Shown here piece by piece: positions 7,941 to 17,351 of a stretch of DNA of 40,081 nucleotides. The first letter of the stretch is position 1. Each line of letters opens with the position of its first letter. Both the position numbers and the translations under genes were made by a program. Under the pieces are notes generated by a model. The model made no database searches, was not told the origin of the DNA, and was given only the letters and a program-made list of their open reading frames with translations. Source of the DNA: a virus; UHGV virus genome UHGV-0199584, one strand, 5' to 3'.

Positions 7941-8302
7941 CAGGGCAGCAGACGCTTGATGTCGTTAAAGAGGCAGATAAGTCTCCGGATAATGTGGAAG
8001 CGACAATCCGCCATACCATGCAGGAAGTCGGTAAAAGGATTGCGCCGGAGAATACAAAACCTGAAGATGTTGAAAAAGTGGCGGTGGAGAGGTTGACCAG
8101 CCTGATTGAGCGTATAGAAAGGCTGGAAAACGAAAAGAAGGGCGTAGCGTCGGATATTTCCGATATTTATGCGGAGGCGAAAAACGCAGGATTTGACACT
8201 AAAATTATGCGTGAGATTATCAAGCTTCGGCGAATGGAAGCTGCAGAGCGTGACGAGTTTGAATTTTTGCGCGATACGTATTGCCGGGCATTGGATATGT
8301 AA
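7937..8302 (+). CDS. gapR: GapR-like (DUF2312) nucleoid-associated DNA-binding protein
   Basis: RLTSLIERIERLENEKK...DIYAEAKNAGFDTKIMREIIKLRR signature. Confidence 0.9.
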   Translation: MTGQQTLDVVKEADKSPDNVEATIRHTMQEVGKRIAPENTKPEDVEKVAVERLTSLIERIERLENEKKGVASDISDIYAEAKNAGFDTKIMREIIKLRRMEAAERDEFEFLRDTYCRALDM

Positions 8303-8437
8303 GGCGATTAAAATGCCCGTGTGGGGTAAGAGGGTGCGAATATGAATAGCAGGCAGAATAAGCACAGTTTTCAGAACTCGGGGACGCCCGCCTCTTTCCT
8401 GTTTCTATTAAGGATATAGTGAAAGGTACTGGCAGAG

Positions 8438-8977
8438 ATGAGCGGGGAAAAACGGAAAATAATCGTTACCGACAGGGCGCACCGGCAGAAGGACGATTTT
8501 TATCCAACGCCCGAATGGGTAACGCGAGTGTTGCTGGGGTTTCATAAATTTGACGGCGAGATATGGGAACCGGCAGCGGGTTGCGGCGATATGGCGGAAG
8601 TTCTGAAAAAGGCCGGTTATGAAGTCTACGCCACGGATTTGGTGAATCGCGGCTATTGTCCGGCCGGGATAGATTTTTTGCTGGAAACCATGAGAGCGCA
8701 AAACATTGTTACCAACCCGCCGTTTAATCTGGCGTATGAGTTTATGAAGAAGGGGCTTGAATTGGCGGAGAGAAGCCTAGCCCTATTGTTGCCGATACGT
8801 TATTTATGCGGCAAAAAACGGGCGGAGTTCTTTTTAAAACATCCTCCGGCAAAAATTATCGTAATCCCAAATAAGATTGACTTTCATGGGATGGGCAATC
8901 CGATGATGGAATTTGCATGGTATGTCTGGGATAAAGGGGCAGAGGGAACAAAAATTTATTGGGCGGAGTGGAAATGA
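8438..8977 (+). CDS. Phage DNA amino-methyltransferase (N6-adenine/N4-cytosine type)
   Basis: DFYPTP, WEPAAGCG (SAM-binding motif I) and IVTNPPF (catalytic motif IV). Confidence 0.85.
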   Translation: MSGEKRKIIVTDRAHRQKDDFYPTPEWVTRVLLGFHKFDGEIWEPAAGCGDMAEVLKKAGYEVYATDLVNRGYCPAGIDFLLETMRAQNIVTNPPFNLAYEFMKKGLELAERSLALLLPIRYLCGKKRAEFFLKHPPAKIIVIPNKIDFHGMGNPMMEFAWYVWDKGAEGTKIYWAEWK

Positions 8978-9051
8978 CGATTTTTGACGTACTAGGGAGA
9001 AATTGAGATGAATAAAGGTATTTGTATATAATTTGGTACAGGGAGGGAACT

Positions 9052-9609
9052 ATGGCAAGCGAAGCGAAAAAGATTGAGAAACTGGGATGTGTTATTCCGT
9101 ATCAGGTTTGGGAGGTATTAAAAGGGCATCCGCCGGCATTAGTTGTGGATGTTATAGATTTATTGATACGTTACGATCATCAATGGCAGGAATGCCAGGA
9201 GAAGGGAATTGATATTTTGGGCAAGATGACGCCAAGTGTTGCGATGGCTTTTTCTTTTGTCCGGCCGATGATTGACGCCAACAACAATAAATATTTCCAC
9301 CGCGTTAAAACCAACCGGAAAAATGCGGAAAGTTCCGGCAGGAAAAAGAAAACCATTTCCGGAAGAAATGAAAAGACGGAGGCATTGCCATCGCCAGGTA
9401 GTAAAAAAGAGCCTGAACAAAGGGCGGCTAAACCTCAAAAAGAAAAAGACGTTACGCCGCATTTTAGGAAAACGGCTTCATCTGAAGGTGAAAAGGCGCC
9501 GGAAAAAATGGCTCCGGACATATATGACGATGATTACGACTATATTCCGAACGAGGCCTGGGAGGCGGCGTATAATCAAAGTTTTGAGGCAGAAGAGTAT
9601 CCGCCGTAG
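9052..9609 (+). CDS. Replication initiator/replisome organizer (DUF6291-like)
   Basis: MAFSFVRPMIDANNNKY...NRKNAESSGR pattern; GGGAGG SD before ATG 9052; iterons directly downstream. Confidence 0.65.
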   Translation: MASEAKKIEKLGCVIPYQVWEVLKGHPPALVVDVIDLLIRYDHQWQECQEKGIDILGKMTPSVAMAFSFVRPMIDANNNKYFHRVKTNRKNAESSGRKKKTISGRNEKTEALPSPGSKKEPEQRAAKPQKEKDVTPHFRKTASSEGEKAPEKMAPDIYDDDYDYIPNEAWEAAYNQSFEAEEYPP

Positions 9610-9742
9610 AAAAAATTGAACAGGGAAATATAAACTAATGCCGCGGTAACAGGTAATGTTTTGTTTTGCCAGAGATATAATTTTTTACATTAAGTATTTA
9701 AATAATCGGTATTTTATATGATTTTATATTTTTCAGGAAAAA

Positions 9743-9850
9743 AGCCATCGCTTCGAAAATAGCGTTTTTTAGAGCCATTGCTCCGAAAATGGTGTTTTTT
9801 GAAGCCATCGCTCCGAAAATGACGTTTTTCAGAGCCATCGCTCCGAAAAT
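9743..9850 (+). repeat. Four iterons, 30-bp period, core AGCCATCGCTCCGAAAAT (putative replication origin)
   Basis: Copies start at 9743, 9773, 9803 and 9833; AT-rich tract at about 9660-9740. Confidence 0.85.
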
Positions 9851-9939
9851 CAAAAGAAAAAAGAAGCAAAAAAGAAAATATATAAAAAACCGGTGGTTTT
9901 TTAGGATAGAGGATTGTTAAGGAGAAAGGATTTCGGGAT

Positions 9940-9948
9940 TGTGGATAA
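9940..9948 (-). promoter_or_regulatory. DnaA box TTATCCACA
   Basis: Perfect consensus, 90 bp from the iterons. Confidence 0.7.
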
Positions 9949-10017
9949 CTTTGGAGGATAATTGCCGCAAAGCGCCAATTGTCAGGGAAAACGGCGGCTG
10001 GCCGCAGCCGCCGGAAT

Positions 10018-10026
10018 TGTGGATAA
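10018..10026 (-). promoter_or_regulatory. DnaA box TTATCCACA
   Basis: Second perfect consensus in the same orientation; 9-bp inverted repeat at 9992-10013 lies between the boxes. Confidence 0.7.
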
Positions 10027-10210
10027 CGGAGAAAGCGGGAGGAGAATGTGAACAGAAAAAGGAGCAGAAGATCAGAAAAACAGGAGGAAAGGACTGGCAG
10101 CCGTTATGGGTGCACCGGCTGCGACCGGCTGCCTGCCGGGCAGCGGCCCTTGCCGACGCACCCGACGTCTGCCGCAGAACTCTGGAAGAAAAAGGAAAGA
10201 GAAACGGGGC

Positions 10211-10254
10211 GAAAAGGGTGAGAGAAAGAGGGGTGAAAAGGGTGAGAGAAAGAG
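10211..10254 (+). repeat. Purine-rich direct repeat GAAAAGGGTGAGAGAAAGAG x2 (24-bp period)
   Basis: Copies at 10211 and 10235. Confidence 0.8.
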
Positions 10255-10375
10255 AGGCGGAAAAGAGCTTTCCGCCATTGCGCAGCAGAAGACTGCTGCG
10301 CTGTGCTCGGCAAAGGGGGCAGGCGGCGGGTTTGGGCAACCTGCTCCGGCATTGGATTGGCTGAAAGGGGGGAAT

Positions 10376-10945
10376 ATGCGGGAAAGAAAGTTTATTATGG
10401 CGGGCAAACGCAAGGTTTATCTGACGGTGTTGGAAGAATATTTTCTTGACGGGGTGCTGGACTGCGGAAATCGGGACGGGTTCAAGTGCGGAAAACCTGC
10501 CTGCGAAAAAGGTGGCGAAGAACGGGAGCCTGGCGACGGGGGCGGCGGTGTCGGGGGAAAAGCTTCGTATCCGGCTGTGATGAGGTATTCGGCAGGCTAT
10601 ACGTTGGCGCAGGATTTCTTTATTGTGGCGGAAAATCAGGAAAACGCGGCGGATCCGCAAAAAATCAAGGTGGACAATTCGGCAAAGGTCGCGGACGTTC
10701 CGGAATTTAACCTGCGGCGCTATCAGGGGGCGGTTCAGGCTGTGCCGAGGGAATACTGGCCGGTTGTGCGGCTGGTTTGCATAAACGATGTGGACATTTA
10801 TGGAGAAGATGCAACGGCAAAGCTGCCGTCGCATCGGTACTCTCCGCAGCGGCTGTGTCGCGGGTTGGACACCTTGGCGGCGTTTTATGAAAAATTTAAT
10901 GCAACGTGTCGTAAAAGGCTTGACAAAGGGGAAAAAGCGGAATAG
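10376..10945 (+). CDS. DUF6456-like late transcription regulator / putative antiterminator
   Basis: RYSAGYTLAQDF, VVRLVCIND and RLCRGLDTLAAFY motifs; lambda Q-like position; start reassigned to ATG 10376 (AAGGGGGG SD). Confidence 0.65.
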   Translation: MRERKFIMAGKRKVYLTVLEEYFLDGVLDCGNRDGFKCGKPACEKGGEEREPGDGGGGVGGKASYPAVMRYSAGYTLAQDFFIVAENQENAADPQKIKVDNSAKVADVPEFNLRRYQGAVQAVPREYWPVVRLVCINDVDIYGEDATAKLPSHRYSPQRLCRGLDTLAAFYEKFNATCRKRLDKGEKAE

Positions 10946-10965
10946 CTTATTATCAGGTTAAAAGC
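10919..10965 (+). promoter_or_regulatory. Late promoter 1 (PR'-like)
   Basis: TTGACA (10920-10925)-N17-TAGCTT; shares motifs with the promoter at 34368. Confidence 0.7.
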
Positions 10966-11008
10966 GTTTTTTATATCGGAAGTTCCGATTATGAAAAGCG
11001 CTTTTTTT
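10960..11008 (+). terminator. Leader terminator after late promoter 1
   Basis: Long imperfect hairpin AAAAGCG...TCGGA-AGT-TCCGA...CGCTTTT ending in T7. Confidence 0.7.
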
Positions 11009-11221
11009 ATGGGCAAAAACGTGCAAATTAACGCTTATTTTTGATTAAAAACAAACAGATAGCGTTAAAATGGCGCGTTTTTTTGTGCTTTGAAACCAAA
11101 GGGAAAAAGAACTTTAAACATACGGAAAAATTAAAATAAAATTGTTTTAATACAATATGTTGAAACGCTAATTTCAAACTGAAAAACAACCGGGGTTTTC
11201 CGTGTCCCGGAAGGGGAGAGA

Positions 11222-11686
11222 ATGATGGCAAGGCCGAGCAAATATAAAAAGAAGTTTTGCCGAAGTCTTACGGCGTATTTTCGCGATGCGCCGTATTTTG
11301 AAGTTGTTGAAGAAGCTTATTATGACAAAAAGGCAGGCGAGTTTCGTACTTGCGAAAAGAAGGTTCCGGCACGTTGTCCGACGCTGGTGCGTTTTGCCGA
11401 AAGCATAAAAGTTAATCCGGACACGCTGCAGGAATGGGCGGACAGATATCCTGAATTTGCCAGTGCTAAAAATGCGGCGCTGAAATATCAGGAAGAATGG
11501 CTGATGAATGCTGCGGGGCTGGGATTTTATAACTCTACGATTGCGACGATGGCGCTGAAGTCCAATCATGGCTGGACTGACCGGATGAACAATACCGGCG
11601 ACAGCTCCATTACTATTGTGTCAAAAAAATATAATTATGACGGTAGTCCGGAAGACGAAACGGCAGGCGGGTTACGTCGGGAGTGA
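11222..11686 (+). CDS. terS: Terminase small subunit
   Basis: ARPSKY start, PTLVRFAESIKV...LQEWADRYPEF HTH, ALKSNHGWTD; directly upstream of terL. Confidence 0.85.
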   Translation: MMARPSKYKKKFCRSLTAYFRDAPYFEVVEEAYYDKKAGEFRTCEKKVPARCPTLVRFAESIKVNPDTLQEWADRYPEFASAKNAALKYQEEWLMNAAGLGFYNSTIATMALKSNHGWTDRMNNTGDSSITIVSKKYNYDGSPEDETAGGLRRE

Positions 11687-11692
11687 GGCGCC

Positions 11693-13018
11693 ATGCAGAT
11701 ATGCATTCCGAACGCATGGAACCCGCGGCCGTACCAACGGCGGTTGTGGGACTATTTTGCCAAAGGAGGCAGGCGGGCTGTGGCCGTATGGCACCGGCGC
11801 TGCGGCAAGGACAGCCTGGCACTCAATCTGGAAGCTTCCAAGGCATTGACCGAGCGGGTCGGGGTTTACTGGCACATGCTGCCGTTGAACACGCAGGCGC
11901 GCAAGGTTATCTGGGACGGCGTTGACCGTTACGGGCGGCGGATGATTGACCAGGCTTTTCCGAAAGAGCTGCGGCAGTCGACCAACGATCAGGAAATGAA
12001 AATCGTTTTCAAAAACGGGTCGGTCTGGCAGTGCGTCGGTTCGGACAACTATGACGCGCTGGTGGGTTCAAACCCGGTCGGGATTGTGTTTTCGGAATAT
12101 TCGGTAACGCCGAAGGCCGCAACCGCATGGGATTATATCCGCCCGATTTTGGCGGAAAACGGCGGCTGGGCGCTGTTTATCTATACGCCGCGCGGGCATA
12201 ACCACGGATATGCGCTGTATAATCAGGCAAAAGCTGCAGGCTGGTTTACCGAGCTTTTAACGGTGGACGACACCAAAGCGATACCGGCGGAAGCCGTGGA
12301 GGAAGAGCGCCGGGCCGGCATGAGCGAAGCGATGATACAACAGGAGTTCTTTTGTTCGTTTGAGGCGGTCAACGACGAGGAGCTGAAGCTGATAAGTTTT
12401 GATCTGATTGCGCCGGCGCTTGACCGTGAGATTGCCGAAAAGCCGGATATGCCGCTGGTTATCGGGGTAGACCCGGCGCGGTTCGGCGACGACAAAACCG
12501 CAATTGCGCGGCGGCGCGGCCGTTCGGTATTCAGGCTGGAGCGCTTTGCCAAAAAAAGCGTTACGGAGATTGCCAATATTGTGGCGTCAATCATCCGCCT
12601 GGAAAAACCGGCGCGCGTGTTTATCGATGCCGGAGGGCTGGGAGCGGGCGTTGAGGATATTCTGCGCGACCGCGGTTTCGGCTCCGTCGTGCGCGGCGTA
12701 AATTTCGGCGAACGCGCGGAAAATCCGGAGCGTTTCGTCAACCGGCGTGCCGAAATGTGGTTTCGGGTTAAGGAATGGCTGCAAAGCCCGGCGCCGGTTT
12801 CGGTTGTCAATGCCTGCGATATCCGCGAAGACCTGACCGCGCCGATGATTATGTACGACCAGCTGGGACGGCTGGGGCTGGAGCCGAAGGCGGAAATTAA
12901 AAAAAGGATTTTGCGTTCGACGGACGTCGGCGATGCGGTGGCGCTGACATTTGCCGAACAGGTGCATCTTGACCGCTTTGCTTTGGACGAGCAGGTGGAC
13001 GATACGGTTTATTGTTGA
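11693..13018 (+). CDS. terL: Terminase large subunit
   Basis: PRPYQ, Walker A HRRCGKD, Walker B GIVFSEY, TPRG, nuclease motifs GVDPARFGDD and DVGDAVALT. Confidence 0.95.
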   Translation: MQICIPNAWNPRPYQRRLWDYFAKGGRRAVAVWHRRCGKDSLALNLEASKALTERVGVYWHMLPLNTQARKVIWDGVDRYGRRMIDQAFPKELRQSTNDQEMKIVFKNGSVWQCVGSDNYDALVGSNPVGIVFSEYSVTPKAATAWDYIRPILAENGGWALFIYTPRGHNHGYALYNQAKAAGWFTELLTVDDTKAIPAEAVEEERRAGMSEAMIQQEFFCSFEAVNDEELKLISFDLIAPALDREIAEKPDMPLVIGVDPARFGDDKTAIARRRGRSVFRLERFAKKSVTEIANIVASIIRLEKPARVFIDAGGLGAGVEDILRDRGFGSVVRGVNFGERAENPERFVNRRAEMWFRVKEWLQSPAPVSVVNACDIREDLTAPMIMYDQLGRLGLEPKAEIKKRILRSTDVGDAVALTFAEQVHLDRFALDEQVDDTVYC

Positions 13019-13041
13019 TTTTTTTATTTGGGAGAAAAAAT

Positions 13042-13227
13042 ATGAGCGGATTATTTTCGAAACCGAAAACGCCGACGATAACGCAGGAGACTGTGCCGGA
13101 GGTTATTGACAACAGCGAAAAGGTGCTGGAGCAGGAAAACAAGCGCAAAAAGCGCATGGGAGCGGTACAGGCATTTTTGGCCGACGGCGGAAGCCAGGTT
13201 TCAACCGGCAAAAAAACGCTGGGATAA
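13042..13227 (+). CDS. Small pre-portal virion assembly protein
   Basis: MSGLFSKPKTP...KKTLG; typical of the gene preceding podovirus portals; GGAG SD. Confidence 0.7.
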   Translation: MSGLFSKPKTPTITQETVPEVIDNSEKVLEQENKRKKRMGAVQAFLADGGSQVSTGKKTLG

Positions 13228-13239
13228 AAGGGACGGCAG

Positions 13240-14838
13240 ATGGAAGAACGTTACAAGTACCTTGCGGCAAGGCTGGGCAGCCTGAAGGAGAAACGTGCGC
13301 CGTTTGAGGCGGTATGGGACAAGGCGGCCGAGCTTTGCGCCCTGAATTCGGCAATATACACGGTTTCGAACGACGGGCGGATTATCCGCAATATATTTGA
13401 TTCGACCGGGCGCACCGCGCTGACCTCGTTTGCGGCCAGTATGAAATCGCTGATTGCGCCGAGCAATACGCGGTATCATCGTCTGAAGGCTTCTAATCCG
13501 GCAATGGCGGGCAATGACAATGCGACGAGGTATTTGGAATATGCAACCGATTTGTGCTTCAAGTTCCGTTATCAGGCGGACAGCCGCTTTTCTTCGGAGA
13601 GCGATTTGCTTTTTAACAGTCTGGGCGTGTTTGGCCATGACGTTTTTTTGACCGACGACAATCCGGGACGGGGAATTTATTACCGTTCAATCCCGGTGCG
13701 GGAGGCTTTTATTGATACCAACCGCCACAATCTGGTTGATGTGGTGTATCGCGAGTTTTGTCTGACGGCACGCGATGCGGTGCGGGAATTCGGCAAAGAT
13801 ACGCCGGCGAAAATTGTCAGGGAATATGAGCGCGACCCGGCTTCCAAACGGGCGTTTACGTTTGTGCACTGTGTTGAACCGCGCGAAGAGTTTAATCCGC
13901 GGTACAAAGACAGTTATAATATGCCGGTGGCCTCTTATACCATCTGCCGCGACGAAGATATGCTGATAAGCGAGAGCGGATACCGGGTTATGCCGTATGC
14001 GGTACCGAGGTATATGATTCGCGACAATTCGCCGTACGGCGACAGCCCGGCAATGCAGGCGTTTTATGACATACTGACAGCCAACGAGATGGGCAAAACG
14101 TTTTTGCGTGCCGGGCAGCTGCAGGCTAATCCGGGGCTTTTGACCTCAATGGACAACGGTGCGGCCAGAGCCGGACAGCCGGGCGCCGTTGTCAAGGGCG
14201 GTCTTGACGGCAACGGCAGGCCGAGGGTTGTGCCGATGCAGTACGGCAATAATCTTTCCATAACGCTGGAGATGCAGGAAAGGTACCGCCAGATTATCGA
14301 GACGGCGTTTTTGAAGCCGCTGTTTTTGTCGCTGTTGGACAATACGCGGCAGATGACGGCGACGGAAGTTTCGGAACGCAAGGCGGAGCGCGGCATGCTG
14401 CTGGCGCCGATGAGCGAGCGCATTACGTCGGAGTGGCTGAATGCGGTGGTGCGGAGAGAACTGGATATCATCGCGTCTTACGGGCTTTTGGACGATGTTC
14501 CGGACGAGCTGGCGTATGACGGGGCGATGGCGATTGAATTTGAGAGCCCGGCAGTACATCTGCAGGACGCCGGCAAAGTGGCGGGGATGTACCAGACGAT
14601 TGAGGGGGCTTTGTCGCTGGCGGCGCTTGCGCCCGATGTGGTGGATGTTATTGATGCGGACGAAACGCTGCGGGCATTGGCGCAATACCGCGACGCGACG
14701 ACAAAAATCATCCGCACGCCGGAGAAAGTTGCCGAAATCCGGCAGGCAAAGGCTCAGGCGGTGGAAACGCAGCAGCTGCTTGACGCGGCGCCGGTCGTTT
14801 CGCAGACAATTAAAAATTTGGGAGGTGCAGGCGCTTAA
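13240..14838 (+). CDS. Portal (head-to-tail connector), T7/BPP-1 type
   Basis: FDSTG, YGDSPAM and MTATEVSER motifs; 532 aa. Confidence 0.95.
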   Translation: MEERYKYLAARLGSLKEKRAPFEAVWDKAAELCALNSAIYTVSNDGRIIRNIFDSTGRTALTSFAASMKSLIAPSNTRYHRLKASNPAMAGNDNATRYLEYATDLCFKFRYQADSRFSSESDLLFNSLGVFGHDVFLTDDNPGRGIYYRSIPVREAFIDTNRHNLVDVVYREFCLTARDAVREFGKDTPAKIVREYERDPASKRAFTFVHCVEPREEFNPRYKDSYNMPVASYTICRDEDMLISESGYRVMPYAVPRYMIRDNSPYGDSPAMQAFYDILTANEMGKTFLRAGQLQANPGLLTSMDNGAARAGQPGAVVKGGLDGNGRPRVVPMQYGNNLSITLEMQERYRQIIETAFLKPLFLSLLDNTRQMTATEVSERKAERGMLLAPMSERITSEWLNAVVRRELDIIASYGLLDDVPDELAYDGAMAIEFESPAVHLQDAGKVAGMYQTIEGALSLAALAPDVVDVIDADETLRALAQYRDATTKIIRTPEKVAEIRQAKAQAVETQQLLDAAPVVSQTIKNLGGAGA

Positions 14839-14915
14839 TATGCTGCGGACAATTGGAAATTTTGAGGGAAAAGGCTGAAATGTCTTGCGGATGGTTAAGA
14901 GTTTAAGGAGATGCG

Positions 14916-15260
14916 ATGTTTAATATTATACATTACCGCCGTCAGTATCGGTTGACGGCAGCCTTCAAAAAGCTGTTTTATGACGAAACCGGAGGCAGGC
15001 TGAAGCCGGAAGCGGAGGAAATTTTGGCATATTTGCGCGACGAATGCAATGCCAAAGGGGCGCTGGGGGAACTCAACGCCCCGTTTTACTATGACAACGG
15101 GGGGAGGTTTGACCCCGGTGCCGCGGGTTTTATCCTGGGCAAGCGCCGGGTCTTTGACCTGATTGTCAAATATCTTTCGCTTGATGAGACAGCGGTATTC
15201 AGGCTGCTGGCCAAGCGGGAGAACGAAGAGGAACTTTTGGAAAACGATTTAAGCATTTAA
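14916..15260 (+). CDS. Bbp19-like protein
   Basis: AFKKLF...AEEILAYLRDEC...GKRRVFDLI pattern; lies between portal and scaffold. Confidence 0.7.
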   Translation: MFNIIHYRRQYRLTAAFKKLFYDETGGRLKPEAEEILAYLRDECNAKGALGELNAPFYYDNGGRFDPGAAGFILGKRRVFDLIVKYLSLDETAVFRLLAKRENEEELLENDLSI

Positions 15261-15269
15261 GGAAAAAAG

Positions 15270-16016
15270 ATGAGTGAAGAGAATTTGGAGCCGGGATTGG
15301 GCGCAGATAATCCCGACAACTCCTGTGCGCCCGAAACCAAAGCCGGAAACGAGCCACAATCTTTGTGGGGAGAGCTTTCCGATGAGCAGAAAAGCTTTTT
15401 GAGCAAAAAGGGGCTGAAAAATCCCGCGGATGCGGTGAAGTCCTATATGGAGCTGGAAAAGCAGACAGGCGGCAAGTTTTCTATCCCGGAAGACGGCGAT
15501 GCGGAAGCTTTGGCAAAAATTTATAAAAAACTGGGACGACCCGACGATGCCGCAGGTTATGACCTGAAGGACATCGCCGACATCGACAAGCCCAAAATTG
15601 ACGACTTTAAGGCTGCATGTCTGGAAAACAACCTTTTGCCGGCGCAGGCCGCAGGGCTTTATGCCTGGTATAAGGAGAACCAAAACAGGATGGTTGAGGA
15701 GTTTAACCAGCTGGCAGCCAGGGAAATTGAAGAAGTCAGGGAAGAATGGGGAGCCGATTTTGACAAAAACAGCGAGATTATGAAGCGGGGTTTTCGGGCG
15801 GCGGAATTATCGCAAGAGCAGCTTGAAAACCTTGAAACGGCTTTAGGATCAAAGGCGTTTATGCAGATGGGCAAACGTTTGGGTGACTTGATTTCGGAAA
15901 AGGGTGTTCCGGGATTGAAAAACGGCAAAGAGGCGGACGACGACGATTATGAGGCCGCCTGTGAACAGGAATTCAGAGAAGCGCAGAAAAAGGGCGCATA
16001 TAACGGAGGATATTAA
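15270..16016 (+). CDS. Capsid scaffolding protein
   Basis: KSYMELEK, YKKLGRPD, EEWGADFDKN; acidic; upstream of the capsid gene. Confidence 0.8.
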   Translation: MSEENLEPGLGADNPDNSCAPETKAGNEPQSLWGELSDEQKSFLSKKGLKNPADAVKSYMELEKQTGGKFSIPEDGDAEALAKIYKKLGRPDDAAGYDLKDIADIDKPKIDDFKAACLENNLLPAQAAGLYAWYKENQNRMVEEFNQLAAREIEEVREEWGADFDKNSEIMKRGFRAAELSQEQLENLETALGSKAFMQMGKRLGDLISEKGVPGLKNGKEADDDDYEAACEQEFREAQKKGAYNGGY

Positions 16017-16018
16017 AA

Positions 16019-16954
16019 ATGGCTGATAAATTTAAAGCAGGAACAATGAAAGAGCTGGCGATAGCTCTTTCTAAAAAGCAGGAGCACGAGGTTGAGTGCC
16101 TGACCGAGGAATCTCCGATTTTGGAGGGGATGCGGTTTGAACCGGCAACGCACGAGCTATGGAACGTTGCGGCGGTAACGACCAAGATTAACGGCGCCGG
16201 ATTCGTGCCGATTAACTCGCCGCTGCCGAATATGAAAACGTCGCAGGAACTGAAACAGACGGATTTGGGCATTGTCGGCGGGCGTATGTTTATGCCGGCG
16301 GATTCGGTGCGGATTATGGGCGGCGTCGGCGCGTATATGGCCAAGGAAAAGCCGAAATTTTTGAAAGATGCCGGCAATACGGTGGAAAAGCGTATCATTT
16401 ACGACAACTTTCTGGCGCGGGCGATTGAGTTCGGCAATGTGGAAGATGCGGGAGGTACGGCGGCAGGAAGCGGAAATACCGGATTGTATTCAATGATTGT
16501 CTACAAGGAAATTTCCGGCGAAAATACCGGTCTTTATTCGCGCAAGGGCTATGGCGACGGCAAGTATTTTGAAACCGAATACGAAGCCAACGGCGGCCTT
16601 ATCAACGAAGACGGCGTGCCGGGCTATGCCGCGATTATCAAAAACTACATGGGGATTCAGGTGCTGAACAACAAGGGGATTGCGGCGATTGTCAATATTT
16701 CCGAAAGCAATCTGCCGACAACTAGGATGATAAGCGAGGCTTTGCTGACGGCGCGCGCCAACCCGAAAAACACCAAAATCTTTATGCATCCGCGGCTGCT
16801 GGCCTGGCTGGGCGACGAATACAAGAAGGAAATTCTGCAGACGACCAATAACGACAAGGGGTACAGCACCTTGCTGACGTATTGGAACGAAATCCCGATT
16901 GTTACCTCCAACAATTTCCTGGAGGGCGCGGAAACCAAAATTACTTTGTCCTAA
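16019..16954 (+). CDS. Major capsid protein (Bbp17-like)
   Basis: 311 aa; EESPILEGMRF N-region, WNEIPIVTSN...ET C-terminus; synteny. Confidence 0.85.
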   Translation: MADKFKAGTMKELAIALSKKQEHEVECLTEESPILEGMRFEPATHELWNVAAVTTKINGAGFVPINSPLPNMKTSQELKQTDLGIVGGRMFMPADSVRIMGGVGAYMAKEKPKFLKDAGNTVEKRIIYDNFLARAIEFGNVEDAGGTAAGSGNTGLYSMIVYKEISGENTGLYSRKGYGDGKYFETEYEANGGLINEDGVPGYAAIIKNYMGIQVLNNKGIAAIVNISESNLPTTRMISEALLTARANPKNTKIFMHPRLLAWLGDEYKKEILQTTNNDKGYSTLLTYWNEIPIVTSNNFLEGAETKITLS

Positions 16955-16970
16955 ATGAAAGAGAGGAAAC

Positions 16971-17348
16971 ATGATACATAAACTGTATGTATATGGCGAA
17001 CATCTGGCGGAAGCCGATTTGAGCAAAACGACTACCGGGGAAAATCCGGTTGAAGTCGGCGGAACACAGGGCGCGCTGGTTGTTAATGTTATTGCCAAAG
17101 GCGATGCCAAGACGGCCAAAGCGTCTGAAGTCGGGGTAAAAGTGGCGGTTTCGACAGCAGACGAGCCCGACGGCAGTTTTGAAGAGGTAACGGCAATTAC
17201 GCTTCCGGACGGGACATACGTTGACGAGGAGGTTATTGCGTCCGTTGCATTGCCGCCGGATGTGAAAAACTATGCCAAGGCAACGGTTACCGGCAACGCG
17301 TCCAGTTCCGGCAATGTGATTGTTACGCTCGGGTATCTGGCGAGGTAA
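16971..17348 (+). CDS. Capsid cement/decoration protein (Bbp16-like)
   Basis: 125-aa beta-rich protein directly after the capsid gene. Confidence 0.65.
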   Translation: MIHKLYVYGEHLAEADLSKTTTGENPVEVGGTQGALVVNVIAKGDAKTAKASEVGVKVAVSTADEPDGSFEEVTAITLPDGTYVDEEVIASVALPPDVKNYAKATVTGNASSSGNVIVTLGYLAR

Positions 17349-17351
17349 ACT

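Noticed and set aside
9743..9850. Possible mini CRISPR array
   Set aside because: The 12-nt intervening sequences are too short and similar to each other; no cas genes; position next to the initiator fits iterons
9917..10413. Long ORFs 9917-10834(-), 9939-10364(+), 10072-10413(-) and the first 90 codons of 10106-10945
   Set aside because: Low-complexity translations across origin and purine-rich repeat DNA; the credible gene starts at 10376
11010..11221. IHF sites or pac/cos signal upstream of terS
   Set aside because: AT-rich, but the best IHF match has two mismatches and no packaging site can be defined from sequence alone
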